The notes: a model not told the origin generated them from the letters alone. Shown: positions 1 through 13,700, counted from the first letter of the stretch. The stretch: 64,000 nt of DNA from Nemertoderma westbladi (GCA_032718475.1 JAUCBJ010002615.1:15079-79078), one strand, 5' to 3'. Numbers and translations: made by a program.

Positions 1-3000
1 ACTTTTTGAATGCCTCGACACAGGGTTTACTGTCCGTGAGAACGTGTGGTTGGCGTGAAGAGGCGATAAGATATGGGAGGAAATGTTGAACGGAGGCCGC
101 TATAGCGAGTGCCTCCAACTCGCAAGGAAGCCATGTATGTTGGTGGGCCTTGAGCTTGCAGGAATAAAACCCGGCGATGAGTAATTCTTTGGAACGTTTC
201 GCGTAGAGGACTGCACCTAGACCATCGACGGACGAGGCGGCGTCGGTGACAAGGAAGAGTTCGTCAGTAGGACGCGGGATCGTTACTGACCTGCAGGATT
301 GTAGGGCGGCTTGGGATCGTCGAAATGTAGACTCGAGATCGGGGGTCCAAGCGACAGGGTCGCCGGCCTTTGTTGGTGAGGAGGGCCTCGAGCGGAGAGA
401 TAAGGGCAGAACATCGGGGGAGTACGCGGGAGAGAACCTTGTAGGAACCGAGGAACGACCGTAGGTCGCGGACGGTGGATGGTGTAGGACAGTGGGATAA
501 GGCGGCTGTGATATGTGGGGAAGCAGATAAGGAACCGCTAGACCATACCCAACCAAGGATGGTGGTAGTTTGGGGGCAAATGATGGTTTTCTTTGGGGAC
601 AAACGCAACCCGGCAAGGTGTAGGGCGCGGAGGAGGGCGGCGAAATTGAGGAGGAGTTCGGGGATGGTATCGCCACCGCAGTAGATATCATCGGCGAGTT
701 TGACGACGGATCCCTGGACGAGGAGATCGCCGAGGACGCGAGACATCAACTCCTCGAGAGCCGTTTCGCTGCCGGGCATGCCCATGGCACAGCGGCGGTA
801 GACACGGACACCACGAAATGGTGTGGATACGCCGCAGAAACGCATGGAGTTGCGATGGAGTGGGATTTGGTAAAAGGCGCTCGTGAGGTCTGCCTTAACG
901 AGGAACTTGAACCGACCCAGGGCTCGAATGGTGGATTCAACATCTGGGAGGAGTGCGGGTTGGGGCTTACAATACTGGGCAATCTCGCCGTAACGAGCCG
1001 AGTTCCTCCATTGGGTTTATCGACAAGGAAGCTTGGGTTCAAGTACTCTATGGTGACACCGGCTAGTTCTGGGCGAATGAAGACGCCAAGCCGCTCGAGA
1101 GAGTCAAACTTCTCCTGCAGTTCAACGAGTCGGTCACGGGAGTATTGCGGTACATGACCCTTACGTTGAGGTGGCAACGTAGGGGTCACGTTGACGACAG
1201 CTTCGAATGGGCCGGCAGACCCATTGTATCCGGGATACGTGGGATCGAAGACGTCAGAAAACTCCTCGAGTAGATCGTGGAAGGCAGCACGCTCACGGTA
1301 AGAGAGGATGCCCTGTGGGTCGATCTGGACTGCCTTTATAGGTGGAGGGTCATGGGAGACAACGGAAGCAGAGCGGATTTCGGGACAGGGTAAGGACTGT
1401 TCAAGTTGTTTCATGGGGGTAGCTGCAGTGGGTAGGGCGGAGCAGACATGGGAGTTCCGTTGAATGAAGATGGGGTAGGGAGCAGAGTTTGGAATGGTAA
1501 TGGAACCGGCTGCGGGTTGGAGCTGCATGGGGGGGAACCACGGCTTGGGGGGAGTTACGTGCGACCGTTGGTTAATCACATGGGGTGTCACAAGGAGAGA
1601 GTCGGAATCCGAGAGATGGGCTGGAAGCTGTAATGTGAGGGCGTCGCCGGGGAGAAGAATGGACGATCGTATGGGGGCGCGCAGAATCTGGGTCGTCGTC
1701 CGACGGATAGTGGGTCGGGGATGACCTGCCGGGGGGTACCGGATGGAACTGCCATCCGCGAAGGTAATCAGCGACTGGGCCGGACGGATACCAATATCAT
1801 TGGTGGATAGGAACGGAACGCCAGCGAGTAGGGGAACGTTGAGGCTGTCGACAACGAGTCCACGGAAGCTAAACTGAAGGTCGTTATGGGTGAGGGAGAA
1901 GGAACTCTCCCCAACTACACCTGAAACAGGGGAACCGTCGGCCCCGATCGGGATCTGGCGGGACCCACGCGAGATCGGAACGCCGAGTCGGAGTGCAGCG
2001 TCGTGTGAAATGAGGTCGGATTCGGCGCCGCAATCGAGGAGAACCTGGATGGGTTTACCTTTATAACGCGCTGTAAAGGTGGGACTCGGGCGTACAGCGA
2101 CGATATTAACCGTCGGATCGGGAGGTGGACTGGCAACAGAGTCGTTATCGTTATCCAGTTGTTCATAGAAAGCGTCGTTGTCGTTGTCGCCATCGACGTA
2201 GACGAGATGGGCACGTGAGATAAAGCGCTTGTCAGCAGGGGGAAGGAATGGGCATGCACTGAGAAAGTGGTTGGTGGGAGTGCGTTTAGTCTGGGAGCAG
2301 AGGGGACACCGGCGAACGGAACGGGAAAGTCCGCGGCCTGTGGGACTCGGACCGAGACCTGAGGATGTAGGTGGGGTCCGACGCGTCTGGGCACGGAAGG
2401 TACGCACTTCCGTGGCAGTGTGGAGCTCGTTGAGAAGAGACGACAGAGCCTGGGAGATCTCGGGTTTGATACTGGCCAGCGTACGGGACCGGAGCTCCGC
2501 GCCATACCGTTGTTGAACCAATCGAGGGAGATCCGGGTGGATAAGGCGGAGCCATATGAGTACAACGAAGTTCTCGAGAGAGGGGGACAGCTCCTCGTCG
2601 TCATCGGGGAGAATTCCGTGGTGGGAAATTCCACCGTCCCGTCGGAGTAAATTATCGTCCACGAAAGCCGATAAACGCTGGAAGAGGTCTTCGGGGCGCT
2701 CCTCGTGAAGGAGGGAGATATCGGAGAAGGAGAGGAAATGAGCTCCAGTCGCTTGGAAGCCGTAATGGAGGCGTATGGCCTGCCATATGGAGGGCAAGGA
2801 CGTGGAGTCTCGAATGATCGAGTTACGTGCGATAACGGGGGCGTAATTGGCGATCTGACCGAGCATAAGATCTAGAGCCGTGGTCTTTTGAAGGGCAGTA
2901 CGGCGGTCGGCTGGGACCACAGTGTCCGGGTCGTCGGCAAAACCGCGGAAGGGTATAGCGCGGGTGTGGCGCAACCAGGTTGTGCCCGGGACCGTAAACT

Positions 3001-3127
3001 GCGCAAATTGAGGTTGGAGCGCAAGCGAATAAGTTATGTTGTGGCGCCAAACCTCAAAGGAGTTGATCGTCTCAGATTTATTGAGTGGAGCCAGCTTGGG
3101 GGGCTTCAGTGAGCCGTTAAACGCCAT
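1..3127 (-). pseudogene. gag-pol polyprotein with two frameshifts (~987 and ~372)
   Basis: Likely start ATG at 3127 (MAFNGSLKPPKL). ORF 746..3304 leaves the RT frame after RLVTA; the alternative frame continues EIAQYCKPQP...DLTSAFYQIP into ORF 264..845. A second shift near 372 leads into the RNase H frame. Confidence 0.8.
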
Positions 3128-3297
3128 GATAACGGTAAGTAGGTAGCGTAAGTCTGTGACGTAAGGAGGGCTGAGTGGATGGATCTGTTGTTGTAGTAGA
3201 TGGCGAGGAGTGGGAAACGAAGCACACGGTGACACCACGCCAGAAGTGAGGCAATAGCGTAAGGAACAATGTGGTGAGTGAAGCGGGTTAACTATAT

Positions 3298-3525
3298 TGA
3301 TCAATTACACGAGTAAGCATAGATATATATATAACGCAAACACAGTCAGAAGAAGTCACAACAACAGATCGGTCATCGGTACGCAACACGTTCTGCTGTA
3401 CCGGTACTACACAGACAGACCTATACTTCTATCTGGTAGTTGGCAGTGCCGTCAGTACCAGGGATGGCAGATAGACGGGCAGGGCCTAAACCGGCTGGCG
3501 CCGAGTCATTGAGTTAATTGAGTCA
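3298..3525 (-). repeat. Candidate 5' LTR of the Gypsy element
   Basis: On the minus strand it starts TGACTCAATTA and ends TAATTGATCA (TG...CA with imperfect inverted termini), ~170 bp upstream of the gag ATG. The partner LTR is outside the window and no clear primer-binding site was seen. Confidence 0.4.
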
Positions 3526-4320
3526 ATAGGACGTGAGGAGTTCAGGATTTTTCATCCATGAAGAATTGTCGTTGTCTGCAAACCCTGTTGGAGTGGCGAA
3601 GTCTTTGCTCCGGCAACGTTGATGTACTACTACAGTAGGTTTGGTGGCTGCCGTTGACTTACGTGTGGGTGTGGATAGTCCATCTGGTGTCCGTGGGCCG
3701 ATAGATGTGGATGGCTGTTGCATTTTAGGTGTTGCTAGGTTGTTGTTAAATGTTAACTATACCTTGAGATCTCGTATGGGTTGGAATATATATTGGTATA
3801 GGTGTTGGCTACTGGTGGCTGCAACGGTATTGGTATCACAGGTATTTATTGGTGGGTGTCGTAAGAGAGCTAGCTGGATTGCATGTGTTACAAGCGTATC
3901 AGCCGGTCTCATGGGTGGAACCAGATTTGGTGTATGTGCGTTACAGCCTGAGGTCGAATTAAGCATCAATTACGTCGTAATTTCTTGCCATTTGGGGAAC
4001 TAAATGATATAATAGCGGTTTGGTTGAGTGTTAACTATGGTGCCATCATGACACCAATGCTTAGTAATAGCATCTTGCACCCAAACTCGTGTACCACTAG
4101 CAGTTTGTTTAGTGGTTTGGAATGAGTGTTGTATTGATCTTGGCGTATTTCTTTCCTGTGATTGGATGTAGCTTGGCGCTCGATACGATTATTGAAGTCA
4201 ATAGCGGAAGCAAGCTCATGTCTTGGAAGGAGTTCCCGGAGGCGTGACCCCATAAGTTTGTCCGATGGAGCCACACCACCATCGCTGTTGGAATTCCGTA
4301 ACGCAATTAAACCCTGGGTA

Positions 4321-4895
4321 TGTTAGCGTATTCAATTCCGCTAACCAGGCCCACACAGAGTTGGCTTTAAGCAATATTGGGAGCACGAGGTTGATTACCA
4401 ATCAACCTCGTGTCACCCCAATAAACGGGGACAACAGGCCCCAAGGGAACACACAGCGGGGGTCAGAGGTTACACCTCCGGGAGGGAGAGAGTGATAGCA
4501 GCAGGGGGAAACACTCCCAGAGAGATGGGAGGGTGAGAAGTGAGTTATTAGCCAATGGGGGGAAGGCATCCACTGAGTAATGTAACGCGGCCAACCAGTG
4601 CTATATATATTACCAGTTGTTGTGCCAATTCATTCACTTTAGTAAGTCAGTTAGTTAGGGCAGTACCGGAACTCTAATCACCATCTCCGTCTACTGTCAA
4701 CAATATTCAGCCATTTTACCGGTACACTCTATCATCATCAACCAACTGTGCTATATACTGTGCTGTATTATATTATACCCTTATATCTATATACACCGAT
4801 CAATCAACAACCCAGAACTCTTTTCACACACACACACACGGCAGGGACGCGTAGATTAGACACCGGATAAATCGGGATTTTCGGATCCCGTCACA
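4321..4895. mobile_element. Solo LTR (575 bp) inserted in the integrase of the older Gypsy
   Basis: Termini TGTTAGCG...CCGTCACA are flanked by an exact 5-bp TSD GGGTA (4316-4320 and 4896-4900). Removing it rejoins the integrase frame NKESFTQGLIALRNS. Confidence 0.85.
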
Positions 4896-5035
4896 GGGTA
4901 AATGATTCTTTATTCAATCACAGTGTTGCGGCTAGGATCCCAGCAAGCACGAATAAGTTTTTTTGCAGGTTTTAACATTATTTTCCGCCAACCCATTGGT
5001 TCTTGGCATCCTTGGTGAAGTAACTTCCTGTTTAA

Positions 5036-6607
5036 CCCTATTAGTACCGGGCTATAAAATGTTGTACAAATACCGGGGGGGGGGGGGTCATATTGACCCC
5101 TCCCTCGAAAATCTACAAATATTTACGAAAACATCTGATTTTTTTGTTTGTACGTAGGTATCACTTGTCTGGATCCGACCGAAAAAAAAAAATTTCGAAA
5201 AAATGTACTGGGGTGGTTATATTGCAGCACCAAAATTACAAGTAGTGCACAATTTTCACAAAATTTGAAAGTTACATTTCCGGCTAATTATTTTTCAATA
5301 CAGGTTTTCTGGGGTGCAAAATACATTGGAAAATATTTAAAAATGATATGATTACTATAAATGGCTGTTTACTCCTCTCTGCGTAGGAAAAAAATGAAAA
5401 AAACAAGTAACCAGCACTTTTCAGTTAGAACACAAAAATTTTTAATTCACTTATACGATGCTATAGATTCACATTTTCAGGTTTTCGAGGGCGCTGATTC
5501 TAATGGAATACATTTCTAATATGGCAGATCATTGCTACTTGTATTTTTCGGCATAATTTGACACATTTTGGTGCTAGCACCAAATTTTGTACCCATCACC
5601 AAAAAGTAAAAGTTGGCGATGTCCAGTGCTGTTTTTATTGATTCCATCGGATTCAGGACCCTCATAAACCCGTATAACGCAAGAAACAAGGTGATACTAT
5701 CTACTTATCAATTTGCATATTTTCCAAAATTTGGTGCTGGCACAACAATTTACACCCACCGGCGATAAATACAAGTTTGAGAAATCTTATGAAATTTTTA
5801 CTGATTCCATTGAATTCAGAACCATCACAAACCCGTATAACTCAAGAAACAAGGTGACACAATCAATTGATATATTTGATGGTTTTCAAAATTTGGTGCT
5901 AGCACCACATTTTGCACCCACATCCGAAAAATACAAGTTTGAGATGTCTAGTTCGATAATTATATTTTCCATTGAATTCAGAACAGCCATAAACCTCTAA
6001 AATGCAAGAAATAAATTGTCACAAGCAATTTTATCTATTGAATGGATTTTCAAAATTTCGTGCTAGCACCAAAATTTGCACACAGCACCGAAAAATACAA
6101 GTTTGATACGCTTGGTGCAACTCGTATATATTTCATCGATTCCAGAACCCCGAAAAACCCCAATTGCGTAAAAAACAAGTTTCAAACAATCAATTTACAA
6201 AATTGACTTATTTCAAAATTTGGTGCTGGCACCAAAATTTGGCACCCACCGAAAAAAACAAGTTTGAAATTTCTAAATCAATTTATATGAATTCCATCCA
6301 ATTTCTAACACCAAAAAACCGATGTAAATCAAAAATAGAGATGTTACAATTCATATTTAATGAAATGTAATTTTCAAAAAACGTCTCAAAAAAGTGCCAA
6401 AAGTAGGGTTAAAAAATGGTGCTATAACTCGAAAAGTACCCAATATTTTTGAAAACGGTTTTCACTACTAGGAAGATAATAGATTTTTAGGAAAAGTCAT
6501 AAAATTTCAGATTCCCAACTGCGTTTGTTTCAGAATTATAATAAAAAAACCACGAGGGGGGGGTCATATTGAACCCCCCCCCCCCCCCCCCCCCGGGTTT
6601 AATAGGG
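5036..6607. mobile_element. Non-autonomous piggyBac-like DNA transposon (MITE)
   Basis: TTAA TSD at 5032-5035 and 6608-6611. Terminal inverted repeats CCCTATTAGTACCGGG / CCCGGGTTTAATAGGG, with a subterminal GGGGGTCATATTGA(A)CCCC at both ends. AT-rich interior, no transposase. Excision rejoins the integrase sequence. Confidence 0.88.
5540..6370. repeat. ~163-bp tandem repeat x5 inside the MITE
   Basis: The core TTTGGTGCT(A/G)GCACCAAA (palindromic) recurs at ~5568, 5730, 5892, 6056 and 6219, with shared downstream motifs (AAATACAAGTTTGA, TTCCAT.GA.TTCAGAAC). Confidence 0.85.
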
Positions 6608-7757
6608 TTAATGTCATACCGTTGTAATAATTGGCTGTAGTTGGTGCTGTTGAATGGGGGCACCATCTGACCGTATAATGCATGGCAGACCTAGCAATTG
6701 AAAGTCACTGAGTAGCTGGTCCGCAATAATCTTAGAGGAAGTACCTGATTTCCGCAATCATGTACATTAGGCCATTTGGTAAATTCGTCAATAGTTGCAA
6801 GGAAGTGACGTCCGTGAACTTGGAAAAGGTCAGCATGAATCTTTTCTATTGGTCGGGTAGCAGGTTCGTGGTATTGTAAGGGTTCTCTGGCAAGTTACGG
6901 TCGGAATTCGGCGTAGTAACATTCTCCACGGTATGCAGTATATCATATCATTACTGATTCCAGGCCACCAGACGGAGGTAGCTGCGCGCTTTTGTTTGTC
7001 CTTGATGTGATGAATAGTATTTCTAGAATACTAGATCTTTTAGATCTGGGAATAACAAGACGGTGTCCGAATAGTATGATGCCAGTGGTGTCAGTACAGA
7101 GTTCGGACCTGGCATGCCGGTATGGTCGTAATTCATCCTCTAGTTTCATTTTATGTTCAGGGAATCCGATTTGAATGTAATGCTTTAAATGGCGGTGTAT
7201 GGCATCACTGTCACCAGCTTGTCGGTTACGGTCTATCGAAATATTCGCAGGGGAACTGACATCTTGCTGGAGGACAGATGTAGCAATATTAATCATTGGG
7301 TCATGGTCTATGTCATATTCTGTTTGACAAAATTGTACCTTAGTAGGAATGAAGAGATTGCAAATCGTTCACATTCTTTCAATACTGTTTCACATCGCGG
7401 ATGTGGTCTTCTACATTGCTGCTGACAATAATGATATCTTCGACCAAGTTATCTGCGCATGGCAAAGGTCAATAGCCTCAAATAGTCGGCGGTTATACTC
7501 ATCGCTATCTGATGAGATCCCCATGGGAATACGAAGGTAACGGTAGAGTCCACTGCCTGGCCTGAAATATGGGTCGAACTACTGTATAGCTCTATTGAGA
7601 GCTCGAAAGTCAACTGTTAACCTGATTTTAGTTTTCTCTTGTGGCTGTCGCTTTTTGAGGACAGCGACCATGGGAGATATCCACTCGGGGGCATCAATTA
7701 CGGGTTCGATAACACCATCTTCACTGAGTCAGATTTTACAATATCTCGCAAACGGCT

Positions 7758-10700
7758 AGCGATCAGTTTAGGAACATTGTTAATCAGCGATCAGTTTAGG
7801 AACATTGTTAATCAGCGATCAGTTTAGGAACATTGTTAATCAGCGATCAGTTTAGGAACATTGTTAATCAGCGATCAGTTTAGGAACATTGTTAATCAGC
7901 GATCAGTTTAGGAACATTGTTAATCAGCGATCAGTTTAGGAACATTGTTAATCAGCGATCAGTTTAGGAACATTGTTAATCAGCGATCAGTTTAGGAACA
8001 TTGTTAATCAGCGATCAGTTTAGGAACATTGTTAATCAGCGATCAGTTTAGGAACATTGTTAATCAGCGACCAGTTTAGGAACATTGTTAATCAGCGACC
8101 AGTTTAGGAACATTGTTAATCAGCGATCAGTTTAGGAACATTGTTAATCAGCGACCAGTTTAGGAACATTGTTAATCAGCGATCAGTTTAGGAACATTGT
8201 TAATCAGCGATCAGTTTAGGAACATTGTTAATCAGCGATCAGTTTAGGAACATTGTTAATCAGCGATCAGTTTAGGAACATTGTTAATCAGCGATCAGTT
8301 TAGGAACATTGTAAACTAGCGACCAGTTTGGGAACATTGTAAACCAGCGACCAGTTTAGGAACATTGTTAATCAGCGATCAGTTTAGGAACATTGTTAAT
8401 CAGCGATCAGTTTAGGAACATTGTAAACTAGCGACCAGTTTGGGAACATTGTTAATCAGCGATCAGTTTAGGAACATTGTAAACTAGCGACCAGTTTGGG
8501 AACATTGTAAACCAGCGACCAGTTTAGGAACATTGTTAATCAGCGATCAGTTTAGGAACATTGTTAATCAGCGATCAGTTTAGGAACATTGTTAATCAGC
8601 GATCAGTTTAGGAACATTGTTAATCAGCGATCAGTTTAGGAACATTGTAAACTAGCGACCAGTTTGGGAACATTGTAAACCAGCGACCAGTTTAGGAACA
8701 TTGTAAACCAGCGATCAGTTTAGGAACATTGTTAATCAGCGACCAGTTTAGGAACATTGTTAATCAGCGATCAGTTTAGGAACATTGTTAATCAGCGATC
8801 AGTTTAGGAACATTGTTAATCAGCGATCAGTTTAGGAACATTGTTAATCAGCGATCAGTTTAGGAACATTGTTAATCAGCGATCAGTTTAGGAACATTGT
8901 AAACTAGCGACCAGTTTGGGAACATTGTAAACCAGCGACCAGTTTAGGAACATTGTAAACCAGCGATCAGTTTAGGAACATTGTTAATCAGCGACCAGTT
9001 TAGGAACATTGTTAATCAGCGATCAGTTTAGGAACATTGTTAATCAGCGATCAGTTTAGGAACATTGTTAATCAGCGATCAGTTTAGGAACATTGTTAAT
9101 CAGCGATCAGTTTAGGAACATTGTTAATCAGCGACCAGTTTAGGAACATTGTTAATCAGCGATCAGTTTAGGAACATTGTTAATCAGCGATCAGTTTAGG
9201 AACATTGTTAATCAGCGATCAGTTTAGGAACATTGTTAATCAGCGATCAGTTTAGGAACATTGTTAATCAGCGATCAGTTTAGGAACATTGTTAATCAGC
9301 GATCAGTTTAGGAACATTGTTAATCAGCGACCAGTTTAGGAACATTGTTAATCAGCGATCAGTTTAGGAACATTGTAAACCAGCGACCAGTTTGGGAACA
9401 TTGTTAATCAGCGACCAGTTTAGGAACATTGTAAACCAGCGATCAGTTTAGGAACATTGTTAATCAGCGATCAGTTTAGGAACATTGTTAATCAGCGATC
9501 AGTTTAGGAACATTGTTAATCAGCGATCAGTTTAGGAACATTGTTAATCAGCGATCAGTTTAGGAACATTGTTAATCAGCGATCAGTTTAGGAACATTGT
9601 AAACTAGCGACCAGTTTGGGAACATTGTAAACCAGCGACCAGTTTAGGAACATTGTTAATCAGCGATCAGTTTAGGAACATTGTTAATCAGCGATCAGTT
9701 TAGGAACATTGTAAACTAGCGACCAGTTTGGGAACATTGTTAATCAGCGATCAGTTTAGGAACATTGTAAACTAGCGACCAGTTTGGGAACATTGTAAAC
9801 CAGCGACCAGTTTAGGAACATTGTTAATCAGCGATCAGTTTAGGAACATTGTTAATCAGCGATCAGTTTAGGAACATTGTTAATCAGCGATCAGTTTAGG
9901 AACATTGTTAATCAGCGATCAGTTTAGGAACATTGTAAACTAGCGACCAGTTTGGGAACATTGTAAACCAGCGATCAGTTTAGGAACATTGTAAACCAGC
10001 GATCAGTTTAGGAACATTGTTAATCAGCGACCAGTTTAGGAACATTGTTAATCAGCGATCAGTTTAGGAACATTGTTAATCAGCGATCAGTTTAGGAACA
10101 TTGTTAATCAGCGATCAGTTTAGGAACATTGTTAATCAGCGATCAGTTTAGGAACATTGTTAATCAGCGATCAGTTTAGGAACATTGTAAACTAGCGACC
10201 AGTTTGGGAACATTGTAAACCAGCGACCAGTTTAGGAACATTGTAAACCAGCGATCAGTTTAGGAACATTGTTAATCAGCGACCAGTTTAGGAACATTGT
10301 TAATCAGCGATCAGTTTAGGAACATTGTTAATCAGCGATCAGTTTAGGAACATTGTTAATCAGCGATCAGTTTAGGAACATTGTTAATCAGCGATCAGTT
10401 TAGGAACATTGTTAATCAGCGATCAGTTTAGGAACATTGTTAATCAGCGATCAGTTTAGGAACATTGTAAACTAGCGACCAGTTTGGGAACATTGTAAAC
10501 CAGCGACCAGTTTAGGAACATTGTAAACCAGCGATCAGTTTAGGAACATTGTTAATCAGCGACCAGTTTAGGAACATTGTTAATCAGCGACCAGTTTAGG
10601 AACATTGTTAATCAGCGATCAGTTTAGGAACATTGTTAATCAGCGACCAGTTTGGGAACATTGTAAACCAGCGACCAGTTTAGGAACATTGTTAATCAGC

Positions 10701-13700
10701 GACCAGTTTAGGAACATTGTAAACCAGCGACCAGTTTGGGAACATTGTAGGAACTGGCGACCAGTTTAGGAACATTGTTAATCAGCGATCAGTTTAGGAA
10801 CATTGTTAATCAGCGATCAGTTTAGGAACATTGTTAATCAGCGATCAGTTTAGGAACATTGTAAACTAGCGACCAGTTTGGGAACATTGTAGGAACTGGC
10901 GACCAGTTTAGGAACATTGTTAATCAGCGATCAGTTTAGGAACATTGTTAATCAGCGATCAGTTTAGGAACATTGTTAATCAGCGACCAGTTTGGGAACA
11001 TTGTAAACCAGCGACCAGTTTAGGAACATTGTTAATCAGCGACCAGTTTAGGAACATTGTAAACCAGCGACCAGTTTAGGAACATTGTTAATCAGCGACC
11101 AGTTTAGGAACATTGTTAATCAGCGATCAGTTTAGGAACATTGTAAACCAGCGACCAGTTTCGGAACATTGTTAATCAGCGATCAGTTTAGGAACATTGT
11201 TAATCAGCGATCAGTTTAGGAACATTGTAAACCAGCGACCAGTTTAGGAACATTGTTAATCAGCGACCAGTTTAGGAACATTGTTAATCAGCGACCAGTT
11301 TAGGAACATTGTTAATCAGCGATCAGTTTAGGAACATTGTTAATCAGCGACCAGTTTAGGAACATTGTTAATCAGCGATCAGTTTAGGAACATTGTAAAC
11401 CAGCGACCAGTTTAGGAACATTGTTAATCAGCGATCAGTTTAGGAACATTGTTAATCAGCGACCAGTTTAGGAACATTGTTAATCAGCGACCAGTTTAGG
11501 AACATTGTTAATCAGCGACCAGTTTAGGAACATTGTAAACCAGCGACCAGTTTAGGAACATTGTTAATCAGCGATCAGTTTAGGAACATTGTTAATCAGC
11601 GATCAGTTTAGGAACATTGTAAACCAGCGACCAGTTTAGGAACATTGTTAATCAGCGATCAGTTTAGGAACATTGTTAATCAGCGATCAGTTTGGAACAT
11701 TGTAAACCAGCGATCAGTTTAGGAACATTGTTAATCAGCGACCAGTTTAGGAACATTGTAAACCAGCGACCAGTTTAGGAACATTGTTAATCAGCGATCA
11801 GTTTAGGAACATTGTTAATCAGCGATCAGTTTAGGAACATTGTAAACCAGCGACCAGTTTAGGAACATTGTTAATCAGCGATCAGTTTAGGAACATTGTT
11901 AATCAGCGATCAGTTTAGGAACATTGTAAACCAGCGATCAGTTTAGGAACATTGTTAATCAGCGACCAGTTTAGGAACATTGTTAATCAGCGATCAGTTT
12001 AGGAACATTGTAAACCAGCGATCAGTTTAGGAACATTGTAAACCAGCGATCAGTTTGGGAACATTGTAAACCAGCGACCAGTTTGGGAACATTGTAAACC
12101 AGCGACCAGTTTAGGAACATTGTTAATCAGCGACCAGTTTAGGAACATTGTTAATCAGCGACCAGTTTGGGAACATTGTTAATCAGCGACCAGTTTGGGA
12201 ACATTGTAAACCAGCGACCAGTTTAGGAACATTGTTAATCAGCGATCAGTTTAGGAACATTGTTAATCAGCGATCAGTTTAGGAACATTGTTAATCAGCG
12301 ACCAGTTTAGGAACATTGTTAATCAGCGACCAGTTTAGGAACATTGTTAATCAGCGATCAGTTTAGGAACATTGTTAATCAGCGACCAGTTTAGGAACAT
12401 TGTTAATCAGCGACCAGTTTGGGAACATTGTAAACCAGCGATCAGTTTAGGAACATTGTTAATCAGCGACCAGTTTAGGAACATTGTTAATCAGCGACCA
12501 GTTTAGGAACATTGTTAATCAGCGATCAGTTTAGGAACATTGTTAATCAGCGACCAGTTTAGGAACATTGTTAATCAGCGATCAGTTTAGGAACATTGTT
12601 AATCAGCGATCAGTTTAGGAACATTGTTAATCAGCGACCAGTTTAGGAACATTGTTAATCAGCGATCAGTTTAGGAACATTGTTAATCAGCGACCAGTTT
12701 AGGAACATTGTAAACCAGCGACCAGTTTGGGAACATTGTAAACCAGCGACCAGTTTGGGAACATTGTAAACCAGCGACCAGTTTGGGAACATTGTAAACC
12801 AGCGACCAGTTTGGGAACATTGTAGGAACTGGCGACCAGTTTGGGAACATTGTTAATCAGCGACCAGTTTAGGAACATTGTAAACCAGCGACCAGTTTGG
12901 GAACATTGTAAACCAGCGACCAGTTTGGGAACATTGTAAACCAGCGACCAGTTTGGGAACATTGTAGGAACTGGCGACCAGTTTAGGAACATTGTTAATC
13001 AGCGACCAGTTTGGGAACATTGTAAACCAGCGATCAGTTTAGGAACATTGTTAATCAGCGACCAGTTTAGGAACATTGTTAATCAGCGACCAGTTTAGGA
13101 ACATTGTTAATCAGCGATCAGTTTAGGAACATTGTTAATCAGCGACCAGTTTAGGAACATTGTTAATCAGCGATCAGTTTAGGAACATTGTTAATCAGCG
13201 ATCAGTTTAGGAACATTGTTAATCAGCGACCAGTTTAGGAACATTGTTAATCAGCGATCAGTTTAGGAACATTGTTAATCAGCGACCAGTTTAGGAACAT
13301 TGTAAACCAGCGACCAGTTTGGGAACATTGTAAACCAGCGACCAGTTTGGGAACATTGTAAACCAGCGACCAGTTTGGGAACATTGTAAACCAGCGACCA
13401 GTTTGGGAACATTGTAGGAACTGGCGACCAGTTTGGGAACATTGTTAATCAGCGACCAGTTTAGGAACATTGTAAACCAGCGACCAGTTTGGGAACATTG
13501 TAAACCAGCGACCAGTTTGGGAACATTGTAAACCAGCGACCAGTTTGGGAACATTGTAGGAACTGGCGACCAGTTTGGGAACATTGTTAATCAGCGATCA
13601 GTTTAGGAACATTGTTAATCAGCGATCAGTTTAGGAACATTGTAAACTAGCGACCAGTTTGGGAACATTGTAAACCAGCGACCAGTTTAGGAACATTGTA

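Larger units (their letters stand above)
1..3525 (-). mobile_element. Ty3/Gypsy-like LTR retrotransposon, 5' part (continues off the left edge of the window)
   Basis: Domain order on the minus strand is gag (CCHC knuckle CPLCSQTKRTPTNHFLSAC), aspartic protease (VLLDCGAESDLI), RT (ADLTSAFYQIP, CAMGMPGS, KLADDIYCGG), then RNase H (LVTDAA, WLPCELEALAI, LTDSKPC). GC content is higher than in the flanks. Confidence 0.9.
3526..7757 (-). mobile_element. Degenerate Gypsy (Mag-like) pol relic: RT fragments and integrase, interrupted by two insertions
   Basis: Minus-strand fragments: EDGVIEPVIDAPEWISPMVAVLKK...IRLTVDFRALN (~7600-7725), YRYLRIPMGISS and LVEDIII (RT), ORF 6943..7296 (GIILFGHRLVIPRS), IIRSDGAP, TSPRMPRTNGLAE and GLIALRNS..APSDKLMGSRLR (integrase). 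It has many stops and frameshifts, and RNase H appears deleted. Confidence 0.85.

Noticed and set aside
246-3112. Plus-strand and alternative-frame ORFs overlapping the Gypsy gag-pol
   Set aside because: Shadow ORFs of GC-rich coding sequence with no recognisable motifs.
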